In this document: positions 27,001-42,000 of the stretch, in pieces
How the letters are laid out: every line of letters starts with the position of its first letter
Position numbering within the stretch: position 1 is the first letter of the stretch
From: Monocercomonoides exilis PA203
Lineage: Eukaryota > Protista > Preaxostyla
NCBI GenBank assembly: GCA_001643675.2
Contig: LSRY02000011.1
Location: 1 to 64,000 of the forward strand
Reading direction: 5' to 3'
Length of the DNA: 64,000 bases
Made by a program: the position numbers and the translations under genes
Notes under the pieces: model-generated
What the model saw: the letters and a program-made list of their open reading frames with translations, nothing else
What the model was told of the DNA's origin: nothing
The model's database searches: none

Positions 27001-30000
27001 TTTGTAATTTTTATCGAAAAAGAAGTTTTGAGAATAATTGGTGTTGAGTGATATTTCGGGTGAGAGGGCCCTTTCAGAGGGAAAAGACCTTCTCAGCCGA
27101 AATATCACAAAAACCTACACCTCAAAACAATAACAGAGTGTGTGTGAATGGGGGAGAGAGTGATCGGAGGGCGTTGCAAGGCGCTCCCCACCCTCTCCGA
27201 GCCGGAAGGAACGCGCTGCGCGCTGCCCTAGGCCTTTCTCAGTCATTTTCCCTGTTTAACCGAATTTTTCATAATATTTTTTGCGGGGCGGGGAGGGCGC
27301 GGTGAGTGGTGTGGCCTGCTGTGCAGGCCACAGGAGCCAGGGGGCTATTAGTACAAATTTTGTAATTTTTATCGAAAAAGAAGTTTTGAGAATAATTGGT
27401 GTTGAGTGATATTTCGGGTGAGAGGGCCCTTTCAGAGGGAAAAGACCTTCTCAGCCGAAATATCACAAAACCTACACTCAAAACAATAACAGAGTGTGTG
27501 TGAATGGGGGAGAGAGTGATCGGAGGGCGTTGCAAGGCGCTCCCCACCCTCTCCGAGCCGGAAGGAACGCGCTGCGCGCTGCCCTAGGCCTTTCTCAGTC
27601 ATTTTCCCTGTTTAACCGAATTTTTCATAATATTTTTTGCGGGGCGGGGAGGGCGCGGTGAGTGGTGTGGCCTGCTGTGCAGGCCACAGGAGCCAGGGGG
27701 CTATTAGTACAAATTTTGTAATTTTTATCGAAAAAGAAGTTTTGAGAATAATTGGTGTTGAGTGATATTTCGGGTGAGAGGGCCCTTTCAGAGGGAAAAG
27801 ACCTTCTCAGCCGAAATATCACAAAACCTACACTCAAAACAATAACAGAGTGTGTGTGAATGGGGAGAGAGTGATCGGAGGGCGTTGCAAGGCGCTCCCC
27901 ACCCTCTCCGAGCCGGAAGGAACGCGCTGCGCGCTGCCCTAGGCCTTTCTCAGTCATTTTCCCTGTTTAACCGAATTTTTCATAATATTTTTTGCGGGGC
28001 GGGGAGGGCGCGGTGAGTGGTGTGGCCTGCTGTGCAGGCCACAGGAGCTCAGGGGGCTATTAGTACAAATTTTGTAATTTTTATCGAAAAAGAAGTTTTG
28101 AGAATAATTGGTGTTGAGTGATATTTCGGGTGAGAGGGCCCTTTCAGAGGGAAAAGACCTTCTCAGCCGAAATATCACAAAAACCTACACCTCAAAACAA
28201 TAACAGAGTGTGTGTGAATGGGGAGAGAGTGATCGGAGGGCGTTGCAAGGCGCTCCCCACCCTCTCCGAGCCGGAAGGAACGCGCTGCGCGCTGCCCTAG
28301 GCCTTTCTCAGTCATTTTCCCTGTTTAACCGAATTTTTCATAATATTTTTTTGCGGGGCGGGGAGGGCGCGGTGAGTGGTGTGGCCTGCTGTGCAGGCCA
28401 CAGGAGCCAGGGGGCTATTAGTACAAATTTTGTAATTTTTATCGAAAAAGAAGTTTTGAGAATAATTGGTGTTGAGTGATATTTCGGGTGAGAGGGCCCT
28501 TTCAGAGGGAAAAGACCTTCTCAGCCGAAATATCACAAAAACCTACACCTCAAAAACAATAACAGAGTGTGTGTGAATGGGGGAGAGAGTGATCGGAGGG
28601 CGTTGCAAGGCGCTCCCCACCCTCTCCGAGCCGGAAGGAACGCGCTGCGCTGCCCTAGGCCTTTCTCAGTCATTTTCCCTGTTTAACCGAATTTTTCATA
28701 ATATTTTTTGCGGGGCGGGGAGGGCGCGGTGAGTGGTGTGGCCTGCTGTGCAGGCCACAGGAGCCAGGGGGCTATTAGTACAAATTTTGTAATTTTTATC
28801 GAAAAGAAGTTTTGAGAATAATTGGTGTTGAGTGATATTTCGGGTGAGAGGGCCCTTTCAGAGGGAAAAGACCTTCTCAGCCGAAATATCACAAAACCTA
28901 CACTCAAAACAATAACAGAGTGTGTGTGAATGGGGAGAGAGTGATCGGAGGGCGTTGCAAGGCGCTCCCCACCCTCTCCGAGCCGGAAGGAACGCGCTGC
29001 GCGCTGCCCTAGGCCTTTCTCAGTCATTTTCCCTGTTTAACCGAATTTTTCATAATATTTTTTGCGGGGCGGGGAGGGCGCGGTGAGTGGTGTGGCCTGC
29101 TGTGCAGGCCACAGGAGCCAGGGGGCTATTAGTACAAATTTTGTAATTTTTATCGAAAAAGAAGTTTTGAGAATAATTGGTGTTGAGTGATATTTCGGGT
29201 GAGAGGGCCCTTTCAGAGGGAAAAGACCTTCTCAGCCGAAATATCACAAAAACCTACACCTCAAAACAATAACAGAGTGTGTGTGAATGGGGGAGAGAGT
29301 GATCGGAGGGCGTTGCAAGGCGCTCCCCACCCTCTCCGAGCCGGAAGGAACGCGCTGCGCGCTGCCCTAGGCCTTTCTCAGTCATTTTCCCTGTTTAACC
29401 GAATTTTTCATAATATTTTTTGCGGGGCGGGGAGGGCGCGGTGAGTGGTGTGGCCTGCTGTGCAGGCCACAGGAGCCAGGGGGCTATTAGTACAAATTTT
29501 GTAATTTTTATCGAAAAAGAAGTTTTGAGAATAATTGGTGTTGAGTGATATTTCGGGTGAGAGGGCCCTTTCAGAGGGAAAAGACCTTCTCAGCCGAAAT
29601 ATCACAAAACCTACACTCAAAACAATAACAGAGTGTGTGTGAATGGGGAGAGAGTGATCGGAGGGCGTTGCAAGGCGCTCCCCACCCTCTCCGAGCCGGA
29701 AGGAACGCGCTGCGCGCTGCCCTAGGCCTTTCTCAGTCATTTTCCCTGTTTAACCGAATTTTTCATAATATTTTTTGCGGGGCGGGGAGGGCGCGGTGAG
29801 TGGTGTGGCCTGCTGTGCAGGCCACAGGAGCCAGGGGGCTATTAGTACAAATTTTGTAATTTTTATCGAAAAAGAAGTTTTGAGAATAATTGGTGTTGAG
29901 TGATATTTCGGGTGAGAGGGCCCTTTCAGAGGGAAAAGACCTTCTCAGCCGAAATATCACAAAACCTACACTCAAAACAATAACAGAGTGTGTGTGAATG

Positions 30001-33000
30001 GGGAGAGAGTGATCGGAGGGCGTTGCAAGGCGCTCCCCACCCTCTCCGAGCCGGAAGGAACGCGCTGCGCGCTGCCCTAGGCCTTTCTCAGTCATTTTCC
30101 CTGTTTAACCGAATTTTTCATAATATTTTTTTTTGCGGGGCGGGGAGGGCGCGGTGAGTGGTGTGGCCTGCTGTGCAGGCCACAGGAGCCAGGGGGCTAT
30201 TAGTACAAATTTTGTAATTTTTATCGAAAAAGAAGTTTTGAGAATAATTGGTGTTGAGTGATATTTCGGGTGAGAGGGCCCTTTCAGAGGGAAAAGACCT
30301 TCTCAGCCGAAATATCACAAAACCTACACTCAAAACAATAACAGAGTGTGTGTGAATGGGGAGAGAGTGATCGGAGGGCGTTGCAAGGCGCTCCCCACCC
30401 TCTCCGAGCCGGAAGGAACGCGCTGCGCGCTGCCCTAGGCCTTTCTCAGTCATTTTCCCTGTTTAACCGAATTTTTCATAATATTTTTTGCGGGGCGGGG
30501 AGGGCGCGGTGAGTGGTGTGGCCTGCTGTGCAGGCCACAGGAGCCAGGGGGCTATTAGTACAAATTTTGTAATTTTTATCGAAAAAGAAGTTTTGAGAAT
30601 AATTGGTGTTGAGTGATATTTCGGGTGAGAGGGCCCTTTCAGAGGGAAAAGACCTTCTCAGCCGAAATATCACAAAACCTACACTCAAAACAATAACAGA
30701 GTGTGTGTGAATGGGGAGAGAGTGATCGGAGGGCGTTGCAAGGCGCTCCCCACCCTCTCCGAGCCGGAAGGAACGCGCTGCGCGCTGCCCTAGGCCTTTC
30801 TCAGTCATTTTCCCTGTTTAACCGAATTTTTCATAATATTTTTTTTTTGCGGGGCGGGGAGGGCGCGGTGAGTGGTGTGGCCTGCTGTGCAGGCCACAGG
30901 AGCCAGGGGGCTATTAGTACAAATTTTGTAATTTTTATCGAAAAAGAAGTTTTGAGAATAATTGGTGTTGAGTGATATTTCGGGTGAGAGGGCCCTTTCA
31001 GAGGGAAAAGACCTTCTCAGCCGAAATATCACAAAACCTACACTCAAAACAATAACAGAGTGTGTGTGAATGGGGAGAGAGTGATCGGAGGGCGTTGCAA
31101 GGCGCTCCCCACCCTCTCCGAGCCGGAAGGAACGCGCTGCGCGCTGCCCTAGGCCTTTCTCAGTCATTTTCCCTGTTTAACCGAATTTTTCATAATATTT
31201 TTTGCGGGGCGGGGAGGGCGCGGTGAGTGGTGTGGCCTGCTGTGCAGGCCACAGGAGCCAGGGGGCTATTAGTACAAATTTTGTAATTTTTATCGAAAAA
31301 GAAGTTTTGAGAATAATTGGTGTTGAGTGATATTTCGGGTGAGAGGGCCCTTTCAGAGGGAAAAGACCTTCTCAGCCGAAATATCACAAAACCTACACTC
31401 AAAACAATAACAGAGTGTGTGTGAATGGGGAGAGAGTGATCGGAGGGCGTTGCAAGGCGCTCCCCACCCTCTCCGAGCCGGAAGGAACGCGCTGCGCGCT
31501 GCCCTAGGCCTTTCTCAGTCATTTTCCCTGTTTAACCGAATTTTTCATAATATTTTTTTGCGGGGCGGGGAGGGCGCGGTGAGTGGTGTGGCCTGCTGTG
31601 CAGGCCACAGGAGCCAGGGGGCTATTAGTACAAATTTTGTAATTTTTATCGAAAAGAAGTTTTGAGAATAATTGGTGTTGAGTGATATTTCGGGTGAGAG
31701 GGCCCTTTCAGAGGGAAAAGACCTTCTCAGCCGAAATATCACAAAACCTACACTCAAAACAATAACAGAGTGTGTGTGAATGGGGAGAGAGTGATCGGAG
31801 GGCGTTGCAAGGCGCTCCCCACCCTCTCCGAGCCGGAAGGAACGCGCTGCGCGCTGCCCTAGGCCTTTCTCAGTCATTTTCCCTGTTTAACCGAATTTTT
31901 CATAATATTTTTTGCGGGGCGGGGAGGGCGCGGTGAGTGGTGTGGCCTGCTGTGCAGGCCACAGGAGCCAGGGGGCTATTAGTACAAATTTTGTAATTTT
32001 TATCGAAAAAGAAGTTTTGAGAATAATTGGTGTTGAGTGATATTTCGGGTGAGAGGGCCCTTTCAGAGGGAAAAGACCTTCTCAGCCGAAATATCACAAA
32101 ACCTACACTCAAAACAATAACAGAGTGTGTGTGAATGGGGAGAGAGTGATCGGAGGGCGTTGCAAGGCGCTCCCCACCCTCTCCGAGCCGGAAGGAACGC
32201 GCTGCGCGCTGCCCTAGGCCTTTCTCAGTCATTTTCCCTGTTTAACCGAATTTTTCATAATATTTTTTGCGGGGCGGGGAGGGCGCGGTGAGTGGTGTGG
32301 CCTGCTGTGCAGGCCACAGGAGCTCAGGGGGCTATTAGTACAAATTTTGTAATTTTTATCGAAAAAGAAGTTTTGAGAATAATTGGTGTTGAGTGATATT
32401 TCGGGTGAGAGGGCCCTTTCAGAGGGAAAAGACCTTCTCAGCCGAAATATCACAAAACCTACACTCAAAACAATAACAGAGTGTGTGTGAATGGGGAGAG
32501 AGTGATCGGAGGGCGTTGCAAGGCGCTCCCCACCCTCTCCGAGCCGGAAGGAACGCGCTGCGCGCTGCCCTAGGCCTTTCTCAGTCATTTTCCCTGTTTA
32601 ACCGAATTTTTCATAATATTTTTTTTTGCGGGGCGGGGAGGGCGCGGTGAGTGGTGTGGCCTGCTGTGCAGGCCACAGGAGCTCAGGGGGCTATTAGTAC
32701 AAATTTTGTAATTTTTATCGAAAAAGAAGTTTTGAGAATAATTGGTGTTGAGTGATATTTCGGGTGAGAGGGCCCTTTCAGAGGGAAAAGACCTTCTCAG
32801 CCGAAATATCACAAAACCTACACTCAAAACAATAACAGAGTGTGTGTGAATGGGGAGAGAGTGATCGGAGGGCGTTGCAAGGCGCTCCCCACCCTCTCCG
32901 AGCCGGAAGGAACGCGCTGCGCGCTGCCCTAGGCCTTTCTCAGTCATTTTCCCTGTTTAACCGAATTTTTCATAATATTTTTTTTTGCGGGGCGGGGAGG

Positions 33001-36000
33001 GCGCGGTGAGTGGTGTGGCCTGCTGTGCAGGCCACAGGAGCCAGGGGCTATTAGTACAAATTTTGTAATTTTTATCGAAAAAGAAGTTTTGAGAATAATT
33101 GGTGTTGAGTGATATTTCGGGTGAGAGGGCCCTTTCAGAGGGAAAAGACCTTCTCAGCCGAAATATCACAAAACCTACACTCAAAACAATAACAGAGTGT
33201 GTGTGAATGGGGGAGAGAGTGATCGGAGGGCGTTGCAAGGCGCTCCCCACCCTCTCCGAGCCGGAAGGAACGCGCTGCGCGCTGCCCTAGGCCTTTCTCA
33301 GTCATTTTCCCTGTTTAACCGAATTTTTCATAATATTTTTTGCGGGGCGGGGAGGGCGCGGTGAGTGGTGTGGCCTGCTGTGCAGGCCACAGGAGCCAGG
33401 GGGCTATTAGTACAAATTTTGTAATTTTTATCGAAAAAGAAGTTTTGAGAATAATTGGTGTTGAGTGATATTTCGGGTGAGAGGGCCCTTTCAGAGGGAA
33501 AAGACCTTCTCAGCCGAAATATCACAAAACCTACACTCAAAACAATAACAGAGTGTGTGTGAATGGGGAGAGAGTGATCGGAGGGCGTTGCAAGGCGCTC
33601 CCCACCCTCTCCGAGCCGGAAGGAACGCGCTGCGCGCTGCCCTAGGCCTTTCTCAGTCATTTTCCCTGTTTAACCGAATTTTTCATAATATTTTTTTTTT
33701 GCGGGGCGGGGAGGGCGCGGTGAGTGGTGTGGCCTGCTGTGCAGGCCACAGGAGCTCAGGGGGCTATTAGTACAAATTTTGTAATTTTTATCGAAAAAGA
33801 AGTTTTGAGAATAATTGGTGTTGAGTGATATTTCGGGTGAGAGGGCCCTTTCAGAGGGAAAAGACCTTCTCAGCCGAAATATCACAAAAACCTACACTCA
33901 AAACAATAACAGAGTGTGTGTGAATGGGGGAGAGAGTGATCGGAGGGCGTTGCAAGGCGCTCCCCACCCTCTCCGAGCCGGAAGGAACGCGCTGCGCGCT
34001 GCCCTAGGCCTTTCTCAGTCATTTTCCCTGTTTAACCGAATTTTTCATAATATTTTTTTTTTGCGGGGCGGGGAGGGCGCGGTGAGTGGTGTGGCCTGCT
34101 GTGCAGGCCACAGGAGCTCAGGGGGCTATTAGTACAAATTTTGTAATTTTTATCGAAAAAGAAGTTTTGAGAATAATTGGTGTTGAGTGATATTTCGGGT
34201 GAGAGGGCCCTTTCAGAGGGAAAAGACCTTCTCAGCCGAAATATCACAAAACCTACACTCAAAACAATAACAGAGTGTGTGTGAATGGGGAGAGAGTGAT
34301 CGGAGGGCGTTGCAAGGCGCTCCCCACCCTCTCCGAGCCGGAAGGAACGCGCTGCGCGCTGCCCTAGGCCTTTCTCAGTCATTTTCCCTGTTTAACCGAA
34401 TTTTTCATAATATTTTTTTTTGCGGGGCGGGGAGGGCGCGGTGAGTGGTGTGGCCTGCTGTGCAGGCCACAGGAGCTCAGGGGGCTATTAGTACAAATTT
34501 TGTAATTTTTATCGAAAAGAAGTTTTGAGAATAATTGGTGTTGAGTGATATTTCGGGTGAGAGGGCCCTTTCAGAGGGAAAAGACCTTCTCAGCCGAAAT
34601 ATCACAAAACCTACACTCAAAACAATAACAGAGTGTGTGTGAATGGGGGAGAGAGTGATCGGAGGGCGTTGCAAGGCGCTCCCCACCCTCTCCGAGCCGG
34701 AAGGAACGCGCTGCGCGCTGCCCTAGGCCTTTCTCAGTCATTTTCCCTGTTTAACCGAATTTTTCATAATATTTTTTTTTGCGGGGCGGGGAGGGCGCGG
34801 TGAGTGGTGTGGCCTGCTGTGCAGGCCACAGGAGCTCAGGGGGCTATTAGTACAAATTTTGTAATTTTTATCGAAAAAGAAGTTTTGAGAATAATTGGTG
34901 TTGAGTGATATTTCGGGTGAGAGGGCCCTTTCAGAGGGAAAAGACCTTCTCAGCCGAAATATCACAAAACCTACACTCAAAACAATAACAGAGTGTGTGT
35001 GAATGGGGGAGAGAGTGATCGGAGGGCGTTGCAAGGCGCTCCCCACCCTCTCCGAGCCGGAAGGAACGCGCTGCGCGCTGCCCTAGGCCTTTCTCAGTCA
35101 TTTTCCCTGTTTAACCGAATTTTTCATAATATTTTTTGCGGGGCGGGGAGGGCGCGGTGAGTGGTGTGGCCTGCTGTGCAGGCCACAGGAGCTCAGGGGC
35201 TATTAGTACAAATTTTGTAATTTTTATCGAAAAGAAGTTTTGAGAATAATTGGTGTTGAGTGATATTTCGGGTGAGAGGGCCCTTTCAGAGGGAAAAGAC
35301 CTTCTCAGCCGAAATATCACAAAACCTACACTCAAAACAATAACAGAGTGTGTGTGAATGGGGAGAGAGTGATCGGAGGGCGTTGCAAGGCGCTCCCCAC
35401 CCTCTCCGAGCCGGAAGGAACGCGCTGCGCGCTGCCCTAGGCCTTTCTCAGTCATTTTCCCTGTTTAACCGAATTTTTCATAATATTTTTTTTTGCGGGG
35501 CGGGGAGGGCGCGGTGAGTGGTGTGGCCTGCTGTGCAGGCCACAGGAGCTCAGGGGGCTATTAGTACAAATTTTGTAATTTTTATCGAAAAGAAGTTTTG
35601 AGAATAATTGGTGTTGAGTGATATTTCGGGTGAGAGGGCCCTTTCAGAGGGAAAAGACCTTCTCAGCCGAAATATCACAAAACCTACACTCAAAACAATA
35701 ACAGAGTGTGTGTGAATGGGGGAGAGAGTGATCGGAGGGCGTTGCAAGGCGCTCCCCACCCTCTCCGAGCCGGAAGGAACGCGCTGCGCGCTGCCCTAGG
35801 CCTTTCTCAGTCATTTTCCCTGTTTAACCGAATTTTTCATAATATTTTTTTTTGCGGGGCGGGGAGGGCGCGGTGAGTGGTGTGGCCTGCTGTGCAGGCC
35901 ACAGGAGCTCAGGGGGCTATTAGTACAAATTTTGTAATTTTTATCGAAAAAGAAGTTTTGAGAATAATTGGTGTTGAGTGATATTTCGGGTGAGAGGGCC

Positions 36001-39000
36001 CTTTCAGAGGGAAAAGACCTTCTCAGCCGAAATATCACAAAACCTACACTCAAAACAATAACAGAGTGTGTGTGAATGGGGAGAGAGTGATCGGAGGGCG
36101 TTGCAAGGCGCTCCCCACCCTCTCCGAGCCGGAAGGAACGCGCTGCGCGCTGCCCTAGGCCTTTCTCAGTCATTTTCCCTGTTTAACCGAATTTTTCATA
36201 ATATTTTTTTTTTGCGGGGCGGGGAGGGCGCGGTGAGTGGTGTGGCCTGCTGTGCAGGCCACAGGAGCTCAGGGGGCTATTAGTACAAATTTTGTAATTT
36301 TTATCGAAAAAGAAGTTTTGAGAATAATTGGTGTTGAGTGATATTTCGGGTGAGAGGGCCCTTTCAGAGGGAAAAGACCTTCTCAGCCGAAATATCACAA
36401 AACCTACACTCAAAACAATAACAGAGTGTGTGTGAATGGGGGAGAGAGTGATCGGAGGGCGTTGCAAGGCGCTCCCCACCCTCTCCGAGCCGGAAGGAAC
36501 GCGCTGCGCGCTGCCCTAGGCCTTTCTCAGTCATTTTCCCTGTTTAACCGAATTTTTCATAATATTTTTTTTTGCGGGGCGGGGAGGGCGCGGTGAGTGG
36601 TGTGGCCTGCTGTGCAGGCCACAGGAGCTCAGGGGGCTATTAGTACAAATTTTGTAATTTTTATCGAAAAGAAGTTTTGAGAATAATTGGTGTTGAGTGA
36701 TATTTCGGGTGAGAGGGCCCTTTCAGAGGGAAAAGACCTTCTCAGCCGAAATATCACAAAAACCTACACTCAAAACAATAACAGAGTGTGTGTGAATGGG
36801 GGAGAGAGTGATCGGAGGGCGTTGCAAGGCGCTCCCCACCCTCTCCGAGCCGGAAGGAACGCGCTGCGCGCTGCCCTAGGCCTTTCTCAGTCATTTTCCC
36901 TGTTTAACCGAATTTTTCATAATATTTTTTTTGCGGGGCGGGGAGGGCGCGGTGAGTGGTGTGGCCTGCTGTGCAGGCCACAGGAGCCAGGGGGCTATTA
37001 GTACAAATTTTGTAATTTTTATCGAAAAAGAAGTTTTGAGAATAATTGGTGTTGAGTGATATTTCGGGTGAGAGGGCCCTTTCAGAGGGAAAAGACCTTC
37101 TCAGCCGAAATATCACAAAACCTACACTCAAAACAATAACAGAGTGTGTGTGAATGGGGGAGAGAGTGATCGGAGGGCGTTGCAAGGCGCTCCCCACCCT
37201 CTCCGAGCCGGAAGGAACGCGCTGCGCGCTGCCCTAGGCCTTTCTCAGTCATTTTCCCTGTTTAACCGAATTTTTCATAATATTTTTTTTTGCGGGGCGG
37301 GGAGGGCGCGGTGAGTGGTGTGGCCTGCTGTGCAGGCCACAGGAGCCAGGGGGCTATTAGTACAAATTTTGTAATTTTTATCGAAAAAGAAGTTTTGAGA
37401 ATAATTGGTGTTGAGTGATATTTCGGGTGAGAGGGCCCTTTCAGAGGGAAAAGACCTTCTCAGCCGAAATATCACAAAACCTACACTCAAAACAATAACA
37501 GAGTGTGTGTGAATGGGGAGAGAGTGATCGGAGGGCGTTGCAAGGCGCTCCCCACCCTCTCCGAGCCGGAAGGAACGCGCTGCGCGCTGCCCTAGGCCTT
37601 TCTCAGTCATTTTCCCTGTTTAACCGAATTTTTCATAATATTTTTTGCGGGGCGGGGAGGGCGCGGTGAGTGGTGTGGCCTGCTGTGCAGGCCACAGGAG
37701 CTCAGGGGCTATTAGTACAAATTTTGTAATTTTTATCGAAAAAGAAGTTTTGAGAATAATTGGTGTTGAGTGATATTTCGGGTGAGAGGGCCCTTTCAGA
37801 GGGAAAAGACCTTCTCAGCCGAAATATCACAAAAACCTACACTCAAAACAATAACAGAGTGTGTGTGAATGGGGAGAGAGTGATCGGAGGGCGTTGCAAG
37901 GCGCTCCCCACCCTCTCCGAGCCGGAAGGAACGCGCTGCGCGCTGCCCTAGGCCTTTCTCAGTCATTTTCCCTGTTTAACCGAATTTTTCATAATATTTT
38001 TTTTGCGGGGCGGGGAGGGCGCGGTGAGTGGTGTGGCCTGCTGTGCAGGCCACAGGAGCTCAGGGGGCTATTAGTACAAATTTTGTAATTTTTATCGAAA
38101 AAGAAGTTTTGAGAATAATTGGTGTTGAGTGATATTTCGGGTGAGAGGGCCCTTTCAGAGGGAAAAGACCTTCTCAGCCGAAATATCACAAAACCTACAC
38201 TCAAAACAATAACAGAGTGTGTGTGAATGGGGAGAGAGTGATCGGAGGGCGTTGCAAGGCGCTCCCCACCCTCTCCGAGCCGGAAGGAACGCGCTGCGCG
38301 CTGCCCTAGGCCTTTCTCAGTCATTTTCCCTGTTTAACCGAATTTTTCATAATATTTTTTTTGCGGGGCGGGGAGGGCGCGGTGAGTGGTGTGGCCTGCT
38401 GTGCAGGCCACAGGAGCCAGGGGCTATTAGTACAAATTTTGTAATTTTTATCGAAAAAGAAGTTTTGAGAATAATTGGTGTTGAGTGATATTTCGGGTGA
38501 GAGGGCCCTTTCAGAGGGAAAAGACCTTCTCAGCCGAAATATCACAAAACCTACACTCAAAACAATAACAGAGTGTGTGTGAATGGGGAGAGAGTGATCG
38601 GAGGGCGTTGCAAGGCGCTCCCCACCCTCTCCGAGCCGGAAGGAACGCGCTGCGCGCTGCCCTAGGCCTTTCTCAGTCATTTTCCCTGTTTAACCGAATT
38701 TTTCATAATATTTTTTTTTGCGGGGCGGGGAGGGCGCGGTGAGTGGTGTGGCCTGCTGTGCAGGCCACAGGAGCTCAGGGGCTATTAGTACAAATTTTGT
38801 AATTTTTATCGAAAAAGAAGTTTTGAGAATAATTGGTGTTGAGTGATATTTCGGGTGAGAGGGCCCTTTCAGAGGGAAAAGACCTTCTCAGCCGAAATAT
38901 CACAAAAACCTACACTCAAAACAATAACAGAGTGTGTGTGAATGGGGAGAGAGTGATCGGAGGGCGTTGCAAGGCGCTCCCCACCCTCTCCGAGCCGGAA

Positions 39001-42000
39001 GGAACGCGCTGCGCGCTGCCCTAGGCCTTTCTCAGTCATTTTCCCTGTTTAACCGAATTTTTCATAATATTTTTTTTTGCGGGGCGGGGAGGGCGCGGTG
39101 AGTGGTGTGGCCTGCTGTGCAGGCCACAGGAGCTCAGGGGGCTATTAGTACAAATTTTGTAATTTTTATCGAAAAGAAGTTTTGAGAATAATTGGTGTTG
39201 AGTGATATTTCGGGTGAGAGGGCCCTTTCAGAGGGAAAAGACCTTCTCAGCCGAAATATCACAAAACCTACACTCAAAACAATAACAGAGTGTGTGTGAA
39301 TGGGGGAGAGAGTGATCGGAGGGCGTTGCAAGGCGCTCCCCACCCTCTCCGAGCCGGAAGGAACGCGCTGCGCGCTGCCCTAGGCCTTTCTCAGTCATTT
39401 TCCCTGTTTAACCGAATTTTTCATAATATTTTTTTTTGCGGGGCGGGGAGGGCGCGGTGAGTGGTGTGGCCTGCTGTGCAGGCCACAGGAGCTCAGGGGC
39501 TATTAGTACAAATTTTGTAATTTTTATCGAAAAAGAAGTTTTGAGAATAATTGGTGTTGAGTGATATTTCGGGTGAGAGGGCCCTTTCAGAGGGAAAAGA
39601 CCTTCTCAGCCGAAATATCACAAAACCTACACTCAAAACAATAACAGAGTGTGTGTGAATGGGGAGAGAGTGATCGGAGGGCGTTGCAAGGCGCTCCCCA
39701 CCCTCTCCGAGCCGGAAGGAACGCGCTGCGCGCTGCCCTAGGCCTTTCTCAGTCATTTTCCCTGTTTAACCGAATTTTTCATAATATTTTTTTTTGCGGG
39801 GCGGGGAGGGCGCGGTGAGTGGTGTGGCCTGCTGTGCAGGCCACAGGAGCTCAGGGGGCTATTAGTACAAATTTTGTAATTTTTATCGAAAAAGAAGTTT
39901 TGAGAATAATTGGTGTTGAGTGATATTTCGGGTGAGAGGGCCCTTTCAGAGGGAAAAGACCTTCTCAGCCGAAATATCACAAAAACCTACACCTCAAAAC
40001 AATAACAGAGTGTGTGTGAATGGGGGAGAGAGTGATCGGAGGGCGTTGCAAGGCGCTCCCCACCCTCTCCGAGCCGGAAGGAACGCGCTGCGCGCTGCCC
40101 TAGGCCTTTCTCAGTCATTTTCCCTGTTTAACCGAATTTTTCATAATATTTTTTTTTGCGGGGCGGGGAGGGCGCGGTGAGTGGTGTGGCCTGCTGTGCA
40201 GGCCACAGGAGCCAGGGGCTATTAGTACAAATTTTGTAATTTTTATCGAAAAGAAGTTTTGAGAATAATTGGTGTTGAGTGATATTTCGGGTGAGAGGGC
40301 CCTTTCAGAGGGAAAAGACCTTCTCAGCCGAAATATCACAAAAACCTACACTCAAAACAATAACAGAGTGTGTGTGAATGGGGAGAGAGTGATCGGAGGG
40401 CGTTGCAAGGCGCTCCCCACCCTCTCCGAGCCGGAAGGAACGCGCTGCGCGCTGCCCTAGGCCTTTCTCAGTCATTTTCCCTGTTTAACCGAATTTTTCA
40501 TAATATTTTTTTTTGCGGGGCGGGGAGGGCGCGGTGAGTGGTGTGGCCTGCTGTGCAGGCCACAGGAGCTCAGGGGGCTATTAGTACAAATTTTGTAATT
40601 TTTATCGAAAAAGAAGTTTTGAGAATAATTGGTGTTGAGTGATATTTCGGGTGAGAGGGCCCTTTCAGAGGGAAAAGACCTTCTCAGCCGAAATATCACA
40701 AAAACCTACACTCAAAACAATAACAGAGTGTGTGTGAATGGGGGAGAGAGTGATCGGAGGGCGTTGCAAGGCGCTCCCCACCCTCTCCGAGCCGGAAGGA
40801 ACGCGCTGCGCGCTGCCCTAGGCCTTTCTCAGTCATTTTCCCTGTTTAACCGAATTTTTCATAATATTTTTTTTTGCGGGGCGGGGAGGGCGCGGTGAGT
40901 GGTGTGGCCTGCTGTGCAGGCCACAGGAGCTCAGGGGGCTATTAGTACAAATTTTGTAATTTTTATCGAAAAAGAAGTTTTGAGAATAATTGGTGTTGAG
41001 TGATATTTCGGGTGAGAGGGCCCTTTCAGAGGGAAAAGACCTTCTCAGCCGAAATATCACAAAACCTACACTCAAAACAATAACAGAGTGTGTGTGAATG
41101 GGGAGAGAGTGATCGGAGGGCGTTGCAAGGCGCTCCCCACCCTCTCCGAGCCGGAAGGAACGCGCTGCGCGCTGCCCTAGGCCTTTCTCAGTCATTTTCC
41201 CTGTTTAACCGAATTTTTCATAATATTTTTTTTTGCGGGGGCGGGGAGGGCGCGGTGAGTGGTGTGGCCTGCTGTGCAGGCCACAGGAGCCAGGGGGCTA
41301 TTAGTACAAATTTTGTAATTTTTATCGAAAAGAAGTTTTGAGAATAATTGGTGTTGAGTGATATTTCGGGTGAGAGGGCCCTTTCAGAGGGAAAAGACCT
41401 TCTCAGCCGAAATATCACAAAACCTACACTCAAAACAATAACAGAGTGTGTGTGAATGGGGGAGAGAGTGATCGGAGGGCGTTGCAAGGCGCTCCCCACC
41501 CTCTCCGAGCCGGAAGGAACGCGCTGCGCGCTGCCCTAGGCCTTTCTCAGTCATTTTCCCTGTTTAACCGAATTTTTCATAATATTTTTTTTTGCGGGGC
41601 GGGGAGGGCGCGGTGAGTGGTGTGGCCTGCTGTGCAGGCCACAGGAGCCAGGGGGCTATTAGTACAAATTTTGTAATTTTTATCGAAAAGAAGTTTTGAG
41701 AATAATTGGTGTTGAGTGATATTTCGGGTGAGAGGGCCCTTTCAGAGGGAAAAGACCTTCTCAGCCGAAATATCACAAAAACCTACACTCAAAACAATAA
41801 CAGAGTGTGTGTGAATGGGGGAGAGAGTGATCGGAGGGCGTTGCAAGGCGCTCCCCACCCTCTCCGAGCCGGAAGGAACGCGCTGCGCGCTGCCCTAGGC
41901 CTTTCTCAGTCATTTTCCCTGTTTAACCGAATTTTTCATAATATTTTTTTTTGCGGGGCGGGGAGGGCGCGGTGAGTGGTGTGGCCTGCTGTGCAGGCCA